Made by a program: the position numbers and the translations under genes. From assembly GCF_006345805.1 (NCBI RefSeq), contig NC_043012.1, forward strand, positions 21,452,001 to 21,516,000: a stretch of DNA of 64,000 nt, in the 5' to 3' direction. Each line of letters begins with the position of its first letter. The first letter of the stretch is position 1. Below the pieces are notes generated by a model, which saw only the letters and a list, made by a program, of their open reading frames with translations, searched no databases and was not told the origin of the DNA. Below are positions 63,957 to 64,000 of this stretch, one piece after another. The DNA comes from Octopus sinensis. Its lineage: Eukaryota.

Positions 63957-64000
<44 letters not shown>

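Noticed and set aside
60777-64000. Upstream UBE2J1 exon(s) encoding the catalytic core (e.g. NGRFE...ICLSISGHHPE.WQPSWS)
   Set aside because: Searched by eye on the minus strand and not found; presumed to lie beyond the window.

Overview
Repeat-saturated eukaryotic genomic DNA, most likely Octopus (inferred from the tRNA-derived SINE families and the extreme (TA)n/(CA)n/(GATA)n density). One host gene is well supported: the 3' part of UBE2J1, the tail-anchored ERAD E2 enzyme, on the minus strand. Three coding exons are present (60671-60776, 59118-59238, 54488-55789) with canonical, phase-compatible splice sites; the upstream UBC-core exons were not found and probably lie beyond 64000. The terminal exon is very long (433 aa) and contains a Pro/Met/Phe-rich low-complexity block. 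The equivalent of the human Ser184 phosphosite is Asn. The rest of the window is transposon-derived or simple repeat: at least four SINE families, RTE and CR1-group LINE fragments, decayed Tc1/mariner transposases, mariner/pogo/piggyBac/hAT MITEs and a non-autonomous Helitron. There are also many short Penelope-like (PLE) pieces sitting in (TA)n tracts. Several of these carry minimal type-I hammerhead ribozyme motifs (two with a U4C core variant) or form long fold-back palindromes of 69-130 bp arms. Other notable structures are a SINE dimer enclosed by one TSD, a 3' tail shared by a SINE and a putative LINE, a nested inverted duplication at 37-45.6 kb, a 1.4-kb tandem duplication that may be an assembly artefact, and an apparent CpG-decay boundary near 48 kb. 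Most ORFs in the supplied track are microsatellite translation artefacts.
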